The notes below the pieces were generated by a model. It was given only the letters and a program-made list of their open reading frames with translations, did not search any database and was not told the DNA's origin. Made by a program: the position numbers and the translations under genes. Source: Methylorubrum extorquens (GTDB lineage: Bacteria; Pseudomonadota; Alphaproteobacteria; Rhizobiales; Beijerinckiaceae). From it: a stretch of 32,000 nucleotides of DNA. Every line of letters starts with the position of its first letter. Position 1 is the stretch's first letter. The stretch lies in NCBI GenBank assembly GCA_900234795.1, contig LT962688.1, positions 270,001 to 302,000 on the forward strand, read 5' to 3'. Positions 17,257 to 28,111 of the stretch are shown here, one piece after another.

Positions 17257-18279
17257 TTGGCCCCGCTCCCCGCCCTTTTCAAACCGCTCGCCCCGGCCGT
17301 CCGGGCCTTCGCGGCGCAGCCGTTCTCCCCGCGATCCTGGGCGAGACCGTGGCAGCGGCCGGCTGGCCACCCGCGGATCGTGGTGATCGGCAATTGCCAA
17401 GCAGCCGGCGTCGCGCAGACCCTTCGCCTGTTGCTGCCGGGAGCCGCGGTCGAGACGCTCCTCGTCGCCGGGCTCGGCCGACGGTTCGGGCATCTCGATC
17501 GGCTGGCACACCATCTCCGGGACGCCGATTACGTCTTCTCTCATTTCTTCCCCACGGGCTTCGTCGCGGGCGGTAACGTCCACGGGCTCGCCGAACGCGT
17601 GCCGGGGCTGCGGCTGTTTCCGACGATCCTGTTTTCCGGCTTCCATCCCGATCTCATCCATGTCGGCGACGAAGCGAGCCTGAGGCTGTCCCGTCTCGTC
17701 GCCTCGCCGATCGGGCCGTATCACTCGGCGATCGCGCTCCACGGCTTTCGCCAGGGGCTGAGCGTCGAGGCGACCCTACGGCTCTATACCGGTGTCGTCT
17801 TCGAGCGGCTCGGCTATTTCGACCTGTGGCAGGCGAGCGCGGACTACCTGCTGCGCACCGCCCGCGACGTCGGGTTCGGCCTGGAGCGGGAATTCGCGCT
17901 GTGGACCCGCGGCGGCGTGTTCATGCACGTCATCAACCACCCGCACCTGCACGTTTTGGGCGACATCGCCCGGCGCCTCGCCCGCGAGACCGGCTACGAC
18001 CCGCTCGACATCCCGGTCGAGACCTACGCCCCGGATGCGCTGACCTCCGAGCCGGTTTGGCCGGTCCTGCCGGGAATCGCCGAGCGCTACGGCGTGCCGG
18101 ACTCGACCTTGTTCAAGGGCGACGGCCGCCGCGCCGCGCCGCGCCTGCTCGATCTGCCGGATTTCGTGGCCGAGAGCTTTGCCCTCTACGCACGGCAGCG
18201 ATCGGAGGATCTCACCAATGCGCGGGTCGAGGCCTGGGAGAAGGATCCGGAGATTTGCGCGCTCTTCGGCGCGGCATAG
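17257..18279 (+). CDS. WcbI-like polysaccharide-modification family protein (family assignment tentative)
   Basis: 340-aa ORF with a TTG start at 17257 and GAGAGG about 10 nt upstream; there is no in-frame ATG near the N-terminus. RIVVIGNCQAAG near the N-terminus and later FHPD...HPHLHVLGDIARRL resemble WcbI-family proteins as I recall them. The start is uncertain (GTG 17380 is an alternative). Confidence 0.65.
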   Translation: MAPLPALFKPLAPAVRAFAAQPFSPRSWARPWQRPAGHPRIVVIGNCQAAGVAQTLRLLLPGAAVETLLVAGLGRRFGHLDRLAHHLRDADYVFSHFFPTGFVAGGNVHGLAERVPGLRLFPTILFSGFHPDLIHVGDEASLRLSRLVASPIGPYHSAIALHGFRQGLSVEATLRLYTGVVFERLGYFDLWQASADYLLRTARDVGFGLEREFALWTRGGVFMHVINHPHLHVLGDIARRLARETGYDPLDIPVETYAPDALTSEPVWPVLPGIAERYGVPDSTLFKGDGRRAAPRLLDLPDFVAESFALYARQRSEDLTNARVEAWEKDPEICALFGAA

Positions 18280-18373
18280 AACCTTCGTCGCGGGCCGGTG
18301 TCGGCCGGCGGTCTGAGGCGCCCGGCTTCCGTTCTTGGCACAACGGCGAAGCAGTGAGCTTGTCGGAACCCGC

Positions 18374-18772
18374 TCAGCCGGCGATACGGCGGCCGTCTCC
18401 GACGCCGTGCGACGCAGCCATCACGCTCGCCAGTTCCGCGATCTCCCGGGCCTGGAACGGCTTACGAATATAGATGCTCCCGGGAACCGTGCGGCTCTCG
18501 ATCTGCGCCGCGGTCGAGGCGTAGACGACCGGCCGCCTCGGATGACGCTCGCGATAGGCGGCGGCCACGGCCCAGCCGTCGATCAGACCAGGAAGGAGAA
18601 TGTCGGTGAGCAGCCAATCGATGGCCTCGCCCCCGTCCCGCAACGTCGTCAGCGCCGCCTCGCCGCTCGACGCGGCAAGCACGCGCATGCCCTCGCGCTC
18701 GCACAGCCGCGTCAGCATCTCGAGTAGCAGGTAATTGTCCTCGACGATGAGCACGGTCGGGGCGGAAGGCAT
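18374..18772 (-). CDS. single-domain response regulator (CheY-like receiver only)
   Basis: C-terminal 132 aa of track ORF 18374..19438(-), ATG at 18772. Receiver residues are visible: VLIVEDN, phospho-acceptor in LLTDILLPG, VYAST, IRKPF. No output domain. Confidence 0.85.
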   Translation of the reverse strand: MPSAPTVLIVEDNYLLLEMLTRLCEREGMRVLAASSGEAALTTLRDGGEAIDWLLTDILLPGLIDGWAVAAAYRERHPRRPVVYASTAAQIESRTVPGSIYIRKPFQAREIAELASVMAASHGVGDGRRIAG

Positions 18773-18816
18773 GGCCCTTGTCCAGTTTGCGGCGCGCCCA
18801 TCACATGGCGGAACAG

Positions 18817-18832
18817 TTAATGCATCATTAAC
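18817..18832. promoter_or_regulatory. perfect CtrA-type box TTAA-N7-TTAAC (also a 7-bp-arm palindrome GTTAATG-CAT-CATTAAC)
   Basis: Read directly: TTAA(18817-20) tgcatca TTAAC(18828-32). It is centred in the 102-nt gap between the RR start (18772, -) and the Hpt start (18875, +). TTAA is very rare in this window. Confidence 0.55.
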
Positions 18833-18874
18833 TTGACCGCCGCATAGCAAGTTTTCGCAAAGCTGAGCAATGGA

Positions 18875-19228
18875 ATGAATGAGCCTGACGCGCAGCGTCC
18901 TGCCCAGGCGCCGGCCTTCGATGCAGACGCGCTGGCGGAGTTGGCGGATCTGTTCGGCCGCCCCCGCCTGATGGAGCTGCTCGGAGTCCTGGACCACGAG
19001 ATCGCAATCCGCCTCGATCCGCCCGCCAGCGAAGCGTCGCGCCTTGCCAGCGACGCCCATATCCTCGTCTCGTCGAGCGGTGCGCTCTCCTTCCACCGCC
19101 TGTCGGGTGCCTGTGCCGCCCTGGAACAGGCCTGTCTGAGCGGCGCGGAAATCGCGGCGCCGCTGGGCGCCGCCGTTCACGCCGCCCGCCAAGCCCGGAA
19201 CGCGATCGCGACGTTGCGCGGCGTGTGA
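18875..19228 (+). CDS. Hpt (histidine phosphotransfer) domain protein
   Basis: 117-aa helical ORF. SDAHILVSSSGALSFHRLSGACAALEQA resembles the Hpt HxxKG(S/A)xxxxG phospho-histidine helix. It is divergent from a receiver-only RR. Confidence 0.7.
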   Translation: MNEPDAQRPAQAPAFDADALAELADLFGRPRLMELLGVLDHEIAIRLDPPASEASRLASDAHILVSSSGALSFHRLSGACAALEQACLSGAEIAAPLGAAVHAARQARNAIATLRGV

Positions 19229-19611
19229 TGCGGCGCGTGTTGCCGCACCGCAACATCGCAGGGCAAAGCGGCGCCGTTTCTTCTCCCGCCCACGGCGCGC
19301 CGCAATCTTGGACAGAACACTGACGTCGCTGCGGTCGAGCTTGGATCGGTCGCCGGTCGGTACGGTCGTGGCAGCGCGGCCCGCCATCCGGCCCGTCTCG
19401 CGGACAGACAGCGGTGCGGGTGCTTGCGTGAGAGACACTTAACCATCCGCGGCTACACCGTTCGGGGCGAAACGCTCAGGGCCGACACGGATCCGCGTCC
19501 GGTCAGCGGGAGCGCCTTCAAACCGAGATTCGGAGCCGGCCCCGATCGCCAGATGATCGGAGTGGGCGCCGGCAGGACAACCGGCACGGCTCGGCCGTGA
19601 GGAGAGAGACG

Positions 19612-20124
19612 ATGTCGACACCCGCGCGTTTCCGTGGGCTTTCCCTGACGCTGGCGCTTTGCGCCGCACTCGGCCTCGGCGCCTGCAGCAAGGACAGCGA
19701 TCTTGCCGACGCGTCCGGCTTCGGTGCCGGCGGCCCCGGAGGCGCGGCCCGCCCCGGCAGCGCCCAGGATTTCGTGGTGAATATCGGCGACCGGGTGTTC
19801 TTCGAATCGGACTCGACCGATCTCACCCCAACCGCGACCGCCACCCTCGACAAGCAGGCATCGTGGCTCCAGCGCTACCCGCGCTACAGCTTCCTCATCG
19901 AGGGCCATGCCGACGAGCGCGGCACGCGGGAATACAATTACTCCCTCGGCGCCCGCCGCGCACAGACCGTGCAGGATTACCTCGCCTCCCGCGGCATCTC
20001 GGCCTCGCGGATGCGGACGGTCTCCTATGGCAAGGAGCGCCCGGTGGCGGTCTGCAACGACATCTCCTGCTGGTCGCAGAACCGGCGCTCCGTCAGCGTT
20101 CTGGACGGCGGCGCCGGCTCCTGA
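19612..20124 (+). CDS. pal: peptidoglycan-associated lipoprotein Pal (OmpA-family)
   Basis: ATG 19612 follows GGAGAGAG. Lipobox LGLGAC. OmpA-like domain: FFESDSTDLTPTATATLDKQASWLQRYPRYSFLIEGHADERGTREYNYSLGARRAQTV. Confidence 0.9.
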   Translation: MSTPARFRGLSLTLALCAALGLGACSKDSDLADASGFGAGGPGGAARPGSAQDFVVNIGDRVFFESDSTDLTPTATATLDKQASWLQRYPRYSFLIEGHADERGTREYNYSLGARRAQTVQDYLASRGISASRMRTVSYGKERPVAVCNDISCWSQNRRSVSVLDGGAGS

Positions 20125-20297
20125 GACGGGTGCGGGCCCGGTTTTGCGGCCGACCGGGCCATCTGCTATCGGGTAAGTGTGCCTCATCGAACCGCCGGTC
20201 GTCGACCGTCGCCGCTCCGGCCGCGACGGCGCAGCGGAGGGTTCGGGGAGGACACGACGTCGGCCGCGAACCAGAAGACCGATCGGTGCCAGCCGCC

Positions 20298-21323
20298 ATG
20301 TTCCGCCGCCTCCTCCTGACCCTCGGACTCGGTTTCGCGATCGCGCCAGCAGTGCTCTGCGGCGCGCGGGCGCAGGATGCGTCGGAACTCGTGGTGCGTC
20401 TCAACCGCCTCGAGAACGTGTCCCGGCAGCTCTCGGGACAGATCGAGACGCTCCAGTACGAAAACCGGCAGCTTAAGGAACAGCTTCGGAAGTTCCAGGA
20501 GGATGTCGAGTTCCGCTTCCAGGAAGGGAAGGGGAGCGCCGCTGCGCCGACCCGCAAGGCACCGGCGCCCGCAGCAGCGCCGCCTTCGGCCGCCCCCTAT
20601 GGCACCAACCCCGGTGAGGGCCGTCCCGGCAAGCGCAGCGATGCCTTCGATCCCGAGCAGAACCCGAATGCGCCGGGCGCCCCGAAGCCACTCGGAACGA
20701 CGCAGCCCTCGCTGCCCTTGCCGACCGGCGCCATCGCCGAGGCCGAGACACCCCTGCGCCGCTCCGTTCCCCCGACGGTGGTAGAGGCGGAGGCCGACGC
20801 GTCCGAGGACGGCGACCTGCCGCCGCCCGGCTTCGGCGGTCCGGTGGATCTCTCGCCGCCGCCCTCGCGTACTGGCTCGATTGCACCGGTCGAAGCACCC
20901 ATCGGGAGCGCGAGCATCGCCGCGACCGGCAGCGGTGACGCGCAGGCCGATTTCGAGGCCGCTTACGCTCTCATTCGCGAGCGCCAGTACGAGCAGGCCG
21001 AGATGAGCCTGCGTCAGTTCATCCAATCGCATCCGCGCGACCGGCTGGTTCCGAAGGCGACCTACTGGCTCGGTGAAAGCTACCTCCAGCGCAGCCGCTC
21101 GCGCGAGGCCGCCGAGCAGTTCCTGAAAGTCTCGACCGACTACGCGAATTCCCCCGTCGCCCCCGAGGCGATGCTGAAGCTCGGCACCTCCCTGCATGCG
21201 CTCGGCGCGAAGGCCCAGGCCTGCGCCACGCTGGCCGAGGTCGAGCGCAAGTTTCCGAGCGCCGGCGCCATCGTGCGCCAGGGCGTCGAGCGCGAGCAAA
21301 AGCGCGCCCGCTGCGCCGCTTGA
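20298..21323 (+). CDS. cpoB: Tol-Pal system protein YbgF/CpoB (coiled coil + TPR)
   Basis: In-frame part of track ORF 19659..21323, ATG 20298. It has a signal peptide, a coiled coil (LNRLENVSRQLSGQIETLQYENRQLKEQL), a long Pro/Ala linker, and a C-terminal TPR (ATYWLGESYLQRSRSREAAEQF...). It sits directly after pal. Confidence 0.85.
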   Translation: MFRRLLLTLGLGFAIAPAVLCGARAQDASELVVRLNRLENVSRQLSGQIETLQYENRQLKEQLRKFQEDVEFRFQEGKGSAAAPTRKAPAPAAAPPSAAPYGTNPGEGRPGKRSDAFDPEQNPNAPGAPKPLGTTQPSLPLPTGAIAEAETPLRRSVPPTVVEAEADASEDGDLPPPGFGGPVDLSPPPSRTGSIAPVEAPIGSASIAATGSGDAQADFEAAYALIRERQYEQAEMSLRQFIQSHPRDRLVPKATYWLGESYLQRSRSREAAEQFLKVSTDYANSPVAPEAMLKLGTSLHALGAKAQACATLAEVERKFPSAGAIVRQGVEREQKRARCAA

Positions 21324-22348
21324 GCGCAGCGCCCGCGTCCCTCGACGACCGGCTCGCCCGCGCCCTCGAACCATTCCTCGAAGAACCCGCTCGCCCGGCG
21401 CTGCTCGCCGTCTCGGGCGGACCCGATTCCACGGCGCTGATGCACGCGGCCGCCCGAGCGGGGCGGGACCTTTTCCGCGTCGCGACGGTGGATCACGCCC
21501 TCCGGCCGGGTTCGGTCGATGAGGCGCTTGGGGTTGGACGCCTTGCCACTGAGCTCGGCCTTGTCCACACGATTCTGACCTGGGACGCGCCGCGACATGG
21601 CAGCCGGATCCAGGCGTCGGCGCGCGGTGCCCGCTACAAGCTCCTGACCGACCATGCCGCACGGATCGGCGCGGGCCTCATTCTCACCGCGCACACGCTG
21701 GACGATCAGGCCGAGACCGTGCTGATGCGGCTCATCGCCGGAAGCGGGCCCTCCGGGCTCGCCGGGATGCGGGACGAGCGCCCCCTGGCACCGGGCATCC
21801 GGCTGGTGCGGCCCTTCTTGAACCTCTCGAAAGCCGACCTCGTCGCCTATTGCGAGATGCACCGCCTCCCATTCCTGCGCGATCCCTCCAACACGGATGA
21901 GCGCTTCACCCGAGCCCGGTTGCGCCGCCTTCTGCCGCTCCTGGCGGAGGAAGGCCTGAACGCGGCGAGGCTGGCCCGCCTTGCCGTTCGCGCCGGGCGG
22001 GACGACGCGGCGCTGAGGCAGCGTGCCGAGGTCGTCCTGGCGGAGATCACGCGCACGGATGAGGGAGGGCTGCGTCTCGACGGGCAAAGCCTGCGTCGCG
22101 AACCATGCGCCATCGTCCTGCGCATCGTCGACGCGGCTCTCGATACGGTCGCACCGGCTCACGAAGCACCCGTTCCGAAGCGCCTGGAACGGCTCGAAGC
22201 GCTCGTTCTCGATGCGCTGCTGCCGGCTCTGGCCGAGGGGAGGGCGTTGCGCCGCACCCTCCGCGGCGTCCTGATCGAGGCGGACGGGGAGGGGACGATC
22301 CGCCTTGTCGTGGCGCCGCCGCGCAGGGCGCCGGATCGCCGCCGCTAA
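21320..22348 (+). CDS. tilS: tRNA(Ile)-lysidine synthetase
   Basis: 342-aa ORF with PP-loop [15 protein letters not shown] and [14 protein letters not shown]. The TTG start overlaps the cpoB stop (TTGA). The start is somewhat uncertain. Confidence 0.85.
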   Translation: MSAAPASLDDRLARALEPFLEEPARPALLAVSGGPDSTALMHAAARAGRDLFRVATVDHALRPGSVDEALGVGRLATELGLVHTILTWDAPRHGSRIQASARGARYKLLTDHAARIGAGLILTAHTLDDQAETVLMRLIAGSGPSGLAGMRDERPLAPGIRLVRPFLNLSKADLVAYCEMHRLPFLRDPSNTDERFTRARLRRLLPLLAEEGLNAARLARLAVRAGRDDAALRQRAEVVLAEITRTDEGGLRLDGQSLRREPCAIVLRIVDAALDTVAPAHEAPVPKRLERLEALVLDALLPALAEGRALRRTLRGVLIEADGEGTIRLVVAPPRRAPDRRR

Positions 22349-22386
22349 CGTTACGCGGTCGCCCTCGACGCAGGGGCAGCCGATTT

Positions 22387-22415
22387 ACTTGGCAACCGGT
22401 GGGGCGCCGCCTACA
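22387..22415 (+). promoter_or_regulatory. possible RpoH(sigma-32)-type promoter upstream of ftsH (weak)
   Basis: CTTG (22387-90) - 18 nt - CCTACAT (22409-15), compared with the alphaproteobacterial heat-shock consensus CTTG-N17/18-CYTATNT. There is one mismatch, and this is a motif match by eye only. Confidence 0.2.
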
Positions 22416-22485
22416 TTGGCCTGGAGTGCGTGGGGTATGCCGCGACATTGCGGGACGACGCTCGCACGCCTCCCAGGACCGATCG

Positions 22486-24414
<1,929 letters not shown>

Positions 24415-24432
24415 ACGGACGATCGAAGTTGG

Positions 24433-24461
24433 AAAAGGGGCGCCGTGAGGCGCCCCTTTTT
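24433..24461 (+). terminator. rho-independent terminator after ftsH
   Basis: AAAAGGGGCGCC-GTGA-GGCGCCCCTTTTT: a perfect GC stem with a tetraloop and U-tract, read directly. Confidence 0.8.
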
Positions 24462-24528
24462 CGTGCCCATTGGGCGCGCCGCCCCACCGGCAAGCCGTGC
24501 CTCAAGACGAGGATGAAAAATCCGGCGC

Positions 24529-25278
24529 ATGTCGAGTTCGGTCTTTCTCATCGTCGCCTTCGGCGCGGCCATCGCCGGCTTCGTCCAAGGGCTGTCGGGC
24601 TTCGCGTTCGGACTCGTCGCCATTTCGGTCTGGGCCTGGGTGATGGACCCGCAGCTTGCAGCGGCACTCGCGGTGACCGGTGCGCTCACGGGGCAGATCA
24701 TCGCTGCGGTCACGATGCGCCGGGGCTTCGATCTCCGCCTGCTGGCGCCGTTCGTGCTCGGCGGCCTTGCCGGTGTTCCGCTCGGGACGCTCCTGCTGCC
24801 ACATCTCGACATGCACTGGTTCAAGACGATCCTCGGCGCCATTCTCGTGCTCTGGTGCCCCGCGATGCTCCTGTCGAAGGATTGGCCACGCATCACCGTC
24901 GGCGGCCGTCTCGCCGACGCGGCCGTCGGCCTCGGCGGCGGCATCCTTGGGAGTCTCGGCGGGTTCACGGGCACGCTGCCGACGCTCTGGTGCACGCTCC
25001 GCGGCTACGAGCGTGACGTGCAGCGCGCCGTCATCCAGAACTTCAAACTATCGATGCTCGCCGTCACACTGACCATCTACGTCGCGTCCGGGATTGTCAC
25101 ACGAAGCATGTTGCCGATGATGCTCGTGGTGCTGCCAGCCATGCTGATCCCGACCATCATCGGCACGCGTGCCTATATCGGCTTGAGCGAGACCGGGTTT
25201 CGCCGGCTCGTTCTCGGCCTCCTGACCGTCTCAGGCATCGCCCTGCTTCTCTCGGGCCTGCCGCAAGTTCTTCGATAG
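24529..25278 (+). CDS. TauE/SafE (DUF81) family sulfite/anion exporter-like membrane protein
   Basis: 249-aa polytopic ORF: [30 protein letters not shown] ... with the internal repeat [12 protein letters not shown], typical of TauE/SafE. Confidence 0.85.
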   Translation: MSSSVFLIVAFGAAIAGFVQGLSGFAFGLVAISVWAWVMDPQLAAALAVTGALTGQIIAAVTMRRGFDLRLLAPFVLGGLAGVPLGTLLLPHLDMHWFKTILGAILVLWCPAMLLSKDWPRITVGGRLADAAVGLGGGILGSLGGFTGTLPTLWCTLRGYERDVQRAVIQNFKLSMLAVTLTIYVASGIVTRSMLPMMLVVLPAMLIPTIIGTRAYIGLSETGFRRLVLGLLTVSGIALLLSGLPQVLR

Positions 25279-25463
25279 AGCAGACCCGGCCCTCGGGGAA
25301 AAAGACGAAGCACCCACTGCTCGTCAATCCGCCTGGGCCGCCCCATTTCGAACGCCTTTATCCCGGAGCAACCGATTCACGATACCCGAGATCCATTCTG
25401 CCGGCCGGGTGCCATTCTGATAATCTGGTCGGTGCGAACCACGCCGAGCGCGGAGAAGCGACG

Positions 25464-26804
25464 TTGCGCAAACACTTCGGAACCGACGGCATCCGTGGAC
25501 GGGCCAACGTCGTCATCACGCCGGAACTTGCTCTCAAGGTCGGGCAGGCCGCGGGCGTGATCTTCCAACGTGGCGACCACCGCCACCGCGTCGTGATTGG
25601 CAAGGATACCCGGCTCTCGGGATACATGATCGAGACCGCGCTCGTCGCCGGCTTCACCTCCGTCGGCATGGACGTGCTGCTGCTCGGGCCGATGCCGACC
25701 CCCGCCGTCGCCATGCTGACCCGATCGATGCGCGCCGATATCGGCGTGATGATCTCGGCCTCGCACAACCCATACGAGGATAACGGCATCAAGCTCTTCG
25801 GGCCCGATGGCTTCAAGCTCAACGACGATCTCGAACTCGAGATCGAAAGCCTGATCGACGGCGACATGCGCAACCGCCTCTCCGCTTCGCGCGACCTCGG
25901 TCGCGCCAAGCGGATCGAGAGCGTGCATGCCCGCTACATCGAGTTCGCCAAGCGCACCCTGCCGCGCCACGTCACCTTGGACGGTCTGCGGGTCGTCGTC
26001 GACTGCGCCAACGGCGCAGCCTACCGCGTCGCGCCGGAAACCCTTTGGGAACTGGGCGCCGAAGTGATCTCCATCGGCGTCGAGCCGGACGGGTTCAACA
26101 TCAACCACGATGTCGGCTCGACCGCGCCCGAGACCCTCGTACAGAAGGTGCGGGAGCTGCGGGCCGATGTCGGGATCGCCCTCGATGGCGACGCCGACCG
26201 TGTGCTGATCGTCGACGAGAAGGGCCAGAAGGTCGATGGCGACCAGCTCATGGCGGCCGTGGCCCGCTCGTGGCAGGAAGACGAGCGCCTGACCCAGCCG
26301 GGACTGGTCGCGACGATCATGTCGAATCTCGGACTCGAACGCTACATCAACAGCATCGGTCTCACGCTCGCCCGCACGGCCGTCGGCGATCGCTACGTGC
26401 TCGAACATATGCGCCAGCACGGCTACAATCTCGGCGGCGAACAGTCCGGCCACATCATCATGTCGGATTACGCGACCACGGGCGACGGGCTGGTGGCCGC
26501 GCTTCAGCTCCTCAGCGTCGTCAAGCGCCGCAACCTGCCCGTGAGCGAGGTGTGCCACTGCTTCGAGCCCCTGCCGCAGATCCTCAAAAACGTCCGCTTC
26601 CGTTCCGGTGAGCCCCTGCGCGCGGATTCGGTCGTCACCGCCATCGCCCATGCGAAGGACCGGCTCGGCCAGTCGGGCCGCCTTGTGATCCGCCCCTCCG
26701 GCACCGAGCCTGTGATCCGGGTGATGGCCGAGGGGGACGACCGTGATCTCGTCGCCGAGGTCGTGGACGAAGTCGTGGACGCCGTCACCCGCGCAGCGGC
26801 CTGA
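25464..26804 (+). CDS. glmM: phosphoglucosamine mutase
   Basis: 446-aa ORF with a TTG start at 25464 and GGAGAAG upstream. [11 protein letters not shown], active-site [29 protein letters not shown]. Confidence 0.95.
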   Translation: MRKHFGTDGIRGRANVVITPELALKVGQAAGVIFQRGDHRHRVVIGKDTRLSGYMIETALVAGFTSVGMDVLLLGPMPTPAVAMLTRSMRADIGVMISASHNPYEDNGIKLFGPDGFKLNDDLELEIESLIDGDMRNRLSASRDLGRAKRIESVHARYIEFAKRTLPRHVTLDGLRVVVDCANGAAYRVAPETLWELGAEVISIGVEPDGFNINHDVGSTAPETLVQKVRELRADVGIALDGDADRVLIVDEKGQKVDGDQLMAAVARSWQEDERLTQPGLVATIMSNLGLERYINSIGLTLARTAVGDRYVLEHMRQHGYNLGGEQSGHIIMSDYATTGDGLVAALQLLSVVKRRNLPVSEVCHCFEPLPQILKNVRFRSGEPLRADSVVTAIAHAKDRLGQSGRLVIRPSGTEPVIRVMAEGDDRDLVAEVVDEVVDAVTRAAA

Positions 26805-26810
26805 AGCAAT

Positions 26811-26828
26811 GGGGCCGGAAACGGCCCC
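26811..26828 (+). terminator. GC hairpin after glmM (terminator-like, no U-tract)
   Basis: GGGGCCG-GAAA-CGGCCCC, 7 nt after the glmM stop. Confidence 0.35.
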
Positions 26829-26973
26829 AGACCGGGTATCGGATCGGCGACGCGAAGGGCGGGACCGATCCGCCGCCGGGGCATCACCGGCGGAAAGCAC
26901 AAGCAGTGATGGTACTGATTTTCCCGCAGCTTTGCCAATCACGGCAACGGATCGGCAAGGCTAACTTTTTACG

Positions 26974-26989
26974 TTAAGGCCGACTTAAC
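26974..26989 (+). promoter_or_regulatory. perfect CtrA-type box TTAA-N7-TTAAC upstream of porin paralog 1
   Basis: TTAA(26974-77) ggccgac TTAAC(26985-89), about 80-95 nt upstream of ATG 27068. Also the inverted repeat GTTAAG-GCCGA-CTTAAC. Confidence 0.55.
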
Positions 26990-27067
26990 CTTCCTCGATC
27001 ATCCTTGCATTCGCATCTCGGGCCGGCCTTCAATTTTCGGCGCGCTCGATGGGTCAAGGAAATCGTA

Positions 27068-27931
27068 ATGCGCCGCCGCACCAAAGTTCTCGCATTGGCG
27101 CGCTCCCTCACGCTCCTCGCGAGCGTCGGGGTGCCCTGCCTCGCACAAGCCGCCGACCTGCTGCCTCCGCCGCCCATGCCCGAGCCGCTGCCCGAGCCGG
27201 AAGTGTTCGCGGGCGGGTGGTATCTTCGCGTCGATGGCGGCTACGGATCACTCGATCTGCGCAAGAGCATTGCCGAGGACGTCTCGCATCCGCCCAAGCC
27301 GTACGACTACGCCGTCGTGCAGGACAAGGTCTCCAACCAGTACTTCATCGGCGGCGGCGTCGGCTATCAGATCAATCCGTGGCTGCGGGTCGATGCGACC
27401 GGTGAGTACCGCTTCCGCAGCAAGTGGACGTTTGTGGCCGAGGACAAGACCTTCGGCGATACCGGCGGCTACAACGTCACGAGCGGGAAGTTCGATTCCA
27501 TCGTCGGCCTTGCCAACGGCTATGTCGATCTCGGCACCTGGTACGGCGTGACGCCCTTCGTCGGTGCCGGCGTCGGTGTCGCCCACCACAGCTTCGGCGG
27601 CGTGACCGACAAGGGCTTCGGCGCGTATGAGGGGGGCTACGGCATCGGCCGCCACAACGAGCGGACGAACTTTGCCTGGGCGCTTCATGCCGGTCTCGGC
27701 TACGCCGTGACGCAGAACATCAGGTTCGAGGCGGCCTACCGCTACCTCAACATGGGCGAGGCCACCACCGGCGTCGTCACCTGCGCTCCGGACTGCCCGA
27801 AGACCGTCTATCGCGTGAAGGAACTGGAAGCCCACGACGTCAAGGTCGGTCTGCGCTACCTGTTCGGCGCCCCGGTCGCCGTTGCCGCGGTCGATTACGC
27901 GCCGCCGCCTCCGCTGGTGCGCAAGTACTGA
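27068..27931 (+). CDS. outer-membrane beta-barrel protein, Omp25/Omp31/RopB-like (paralog 1)
   Basis: In-frame part of track ORF 27005..27931. Signal peptide MRRRTKVLALARSLTLLASVGVPCLAQA, then ADLLPPPP. Alternating beta-strand pattern: GGGVGYQINPWLRVDATGEYRF, WYGVTPFVGAGVGVA, FAWALHAGLGY, VKVGLRYLF. Confidence 0.85.
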   Translation: MRRRTKVLALARSLTLLASVGVPCLAQAADLLPPPPMPEPLPEPEVFAGGWYLRVDGGYGSLDLRKSIAEDVSHPPKPYDYAVVQDKVSNQYFIGGGVGYQINPWLRVDATGEYRFRSKWTFVAEDKTFGDTGGYNVTSGKFDSIVGLANGYVDLGTWYGVTPFVGAGVGVAHHSFGGVTDKGFGAYEGGYGIGRHNERTNFAWALHAGLGYAVTQNIRFEAAYRYLNMGEATTGVVTCAPDCPKTVYRVKELEAHDVKVGLRYLFGAPVAVAAVDYAPPPPLVRKY

Positions 27932-27957
27932 TCTTCCCGAACCTTCGATTGCATTGT

Positions 27958-27992
27958 GACGGCGCGGACACTCTCCGCGCCGTCTTTGTTTT
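27958..27992 (+). terminator. rho-independent terminator after porin paralog 1
   Basis: GACGGCGCGGA-cactc-TCCGCGCCGTC (perfect 11-bp stem) followed by TTTGTTTT. Confidence 0.85.
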
Positions 27993-28028
27993 CAAGCGGC
28001 CAAATCTCTGGATCCCTGCCGGTTAAGG

Positions 28029-28044
28029 TTAAGCCGATCATAAC
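28029..28044 (+). promoter_or_regulatory. imperfect CtrA-like box TTAA-N7-ATAAC upstream of porin paralog 2
   Basis: GGTTAAGGTTAAgccgatcATAAC. A tandem GGTTAA precedes it. It lies about 70-80 nt upstream of ATG 28112, similar in position to the perfect box of paralog 1. Confidence 0.3.
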
Positions 28045-28111
28045 CTTTATCGGCAAATCTGCCGGTCAATCGAGGCGCGGGCATCTCCTGCTGCCTCAGA
28101 CGAGGCTTCCC

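Noticed and set aside
20550-20940. Long Pro/Ala-rich low-complexity stretch in cpoB, a similar C-terminal tail of FtsH (24290-24414), and GC-rich pseudo-repeats there, considered as tandem repeats.
   Set aside because: This is compositional low complexity coding for flexible linkers, as commonly seen in alphaproteobacterial YbgF and FtsH. I could find no exact repeat unit.
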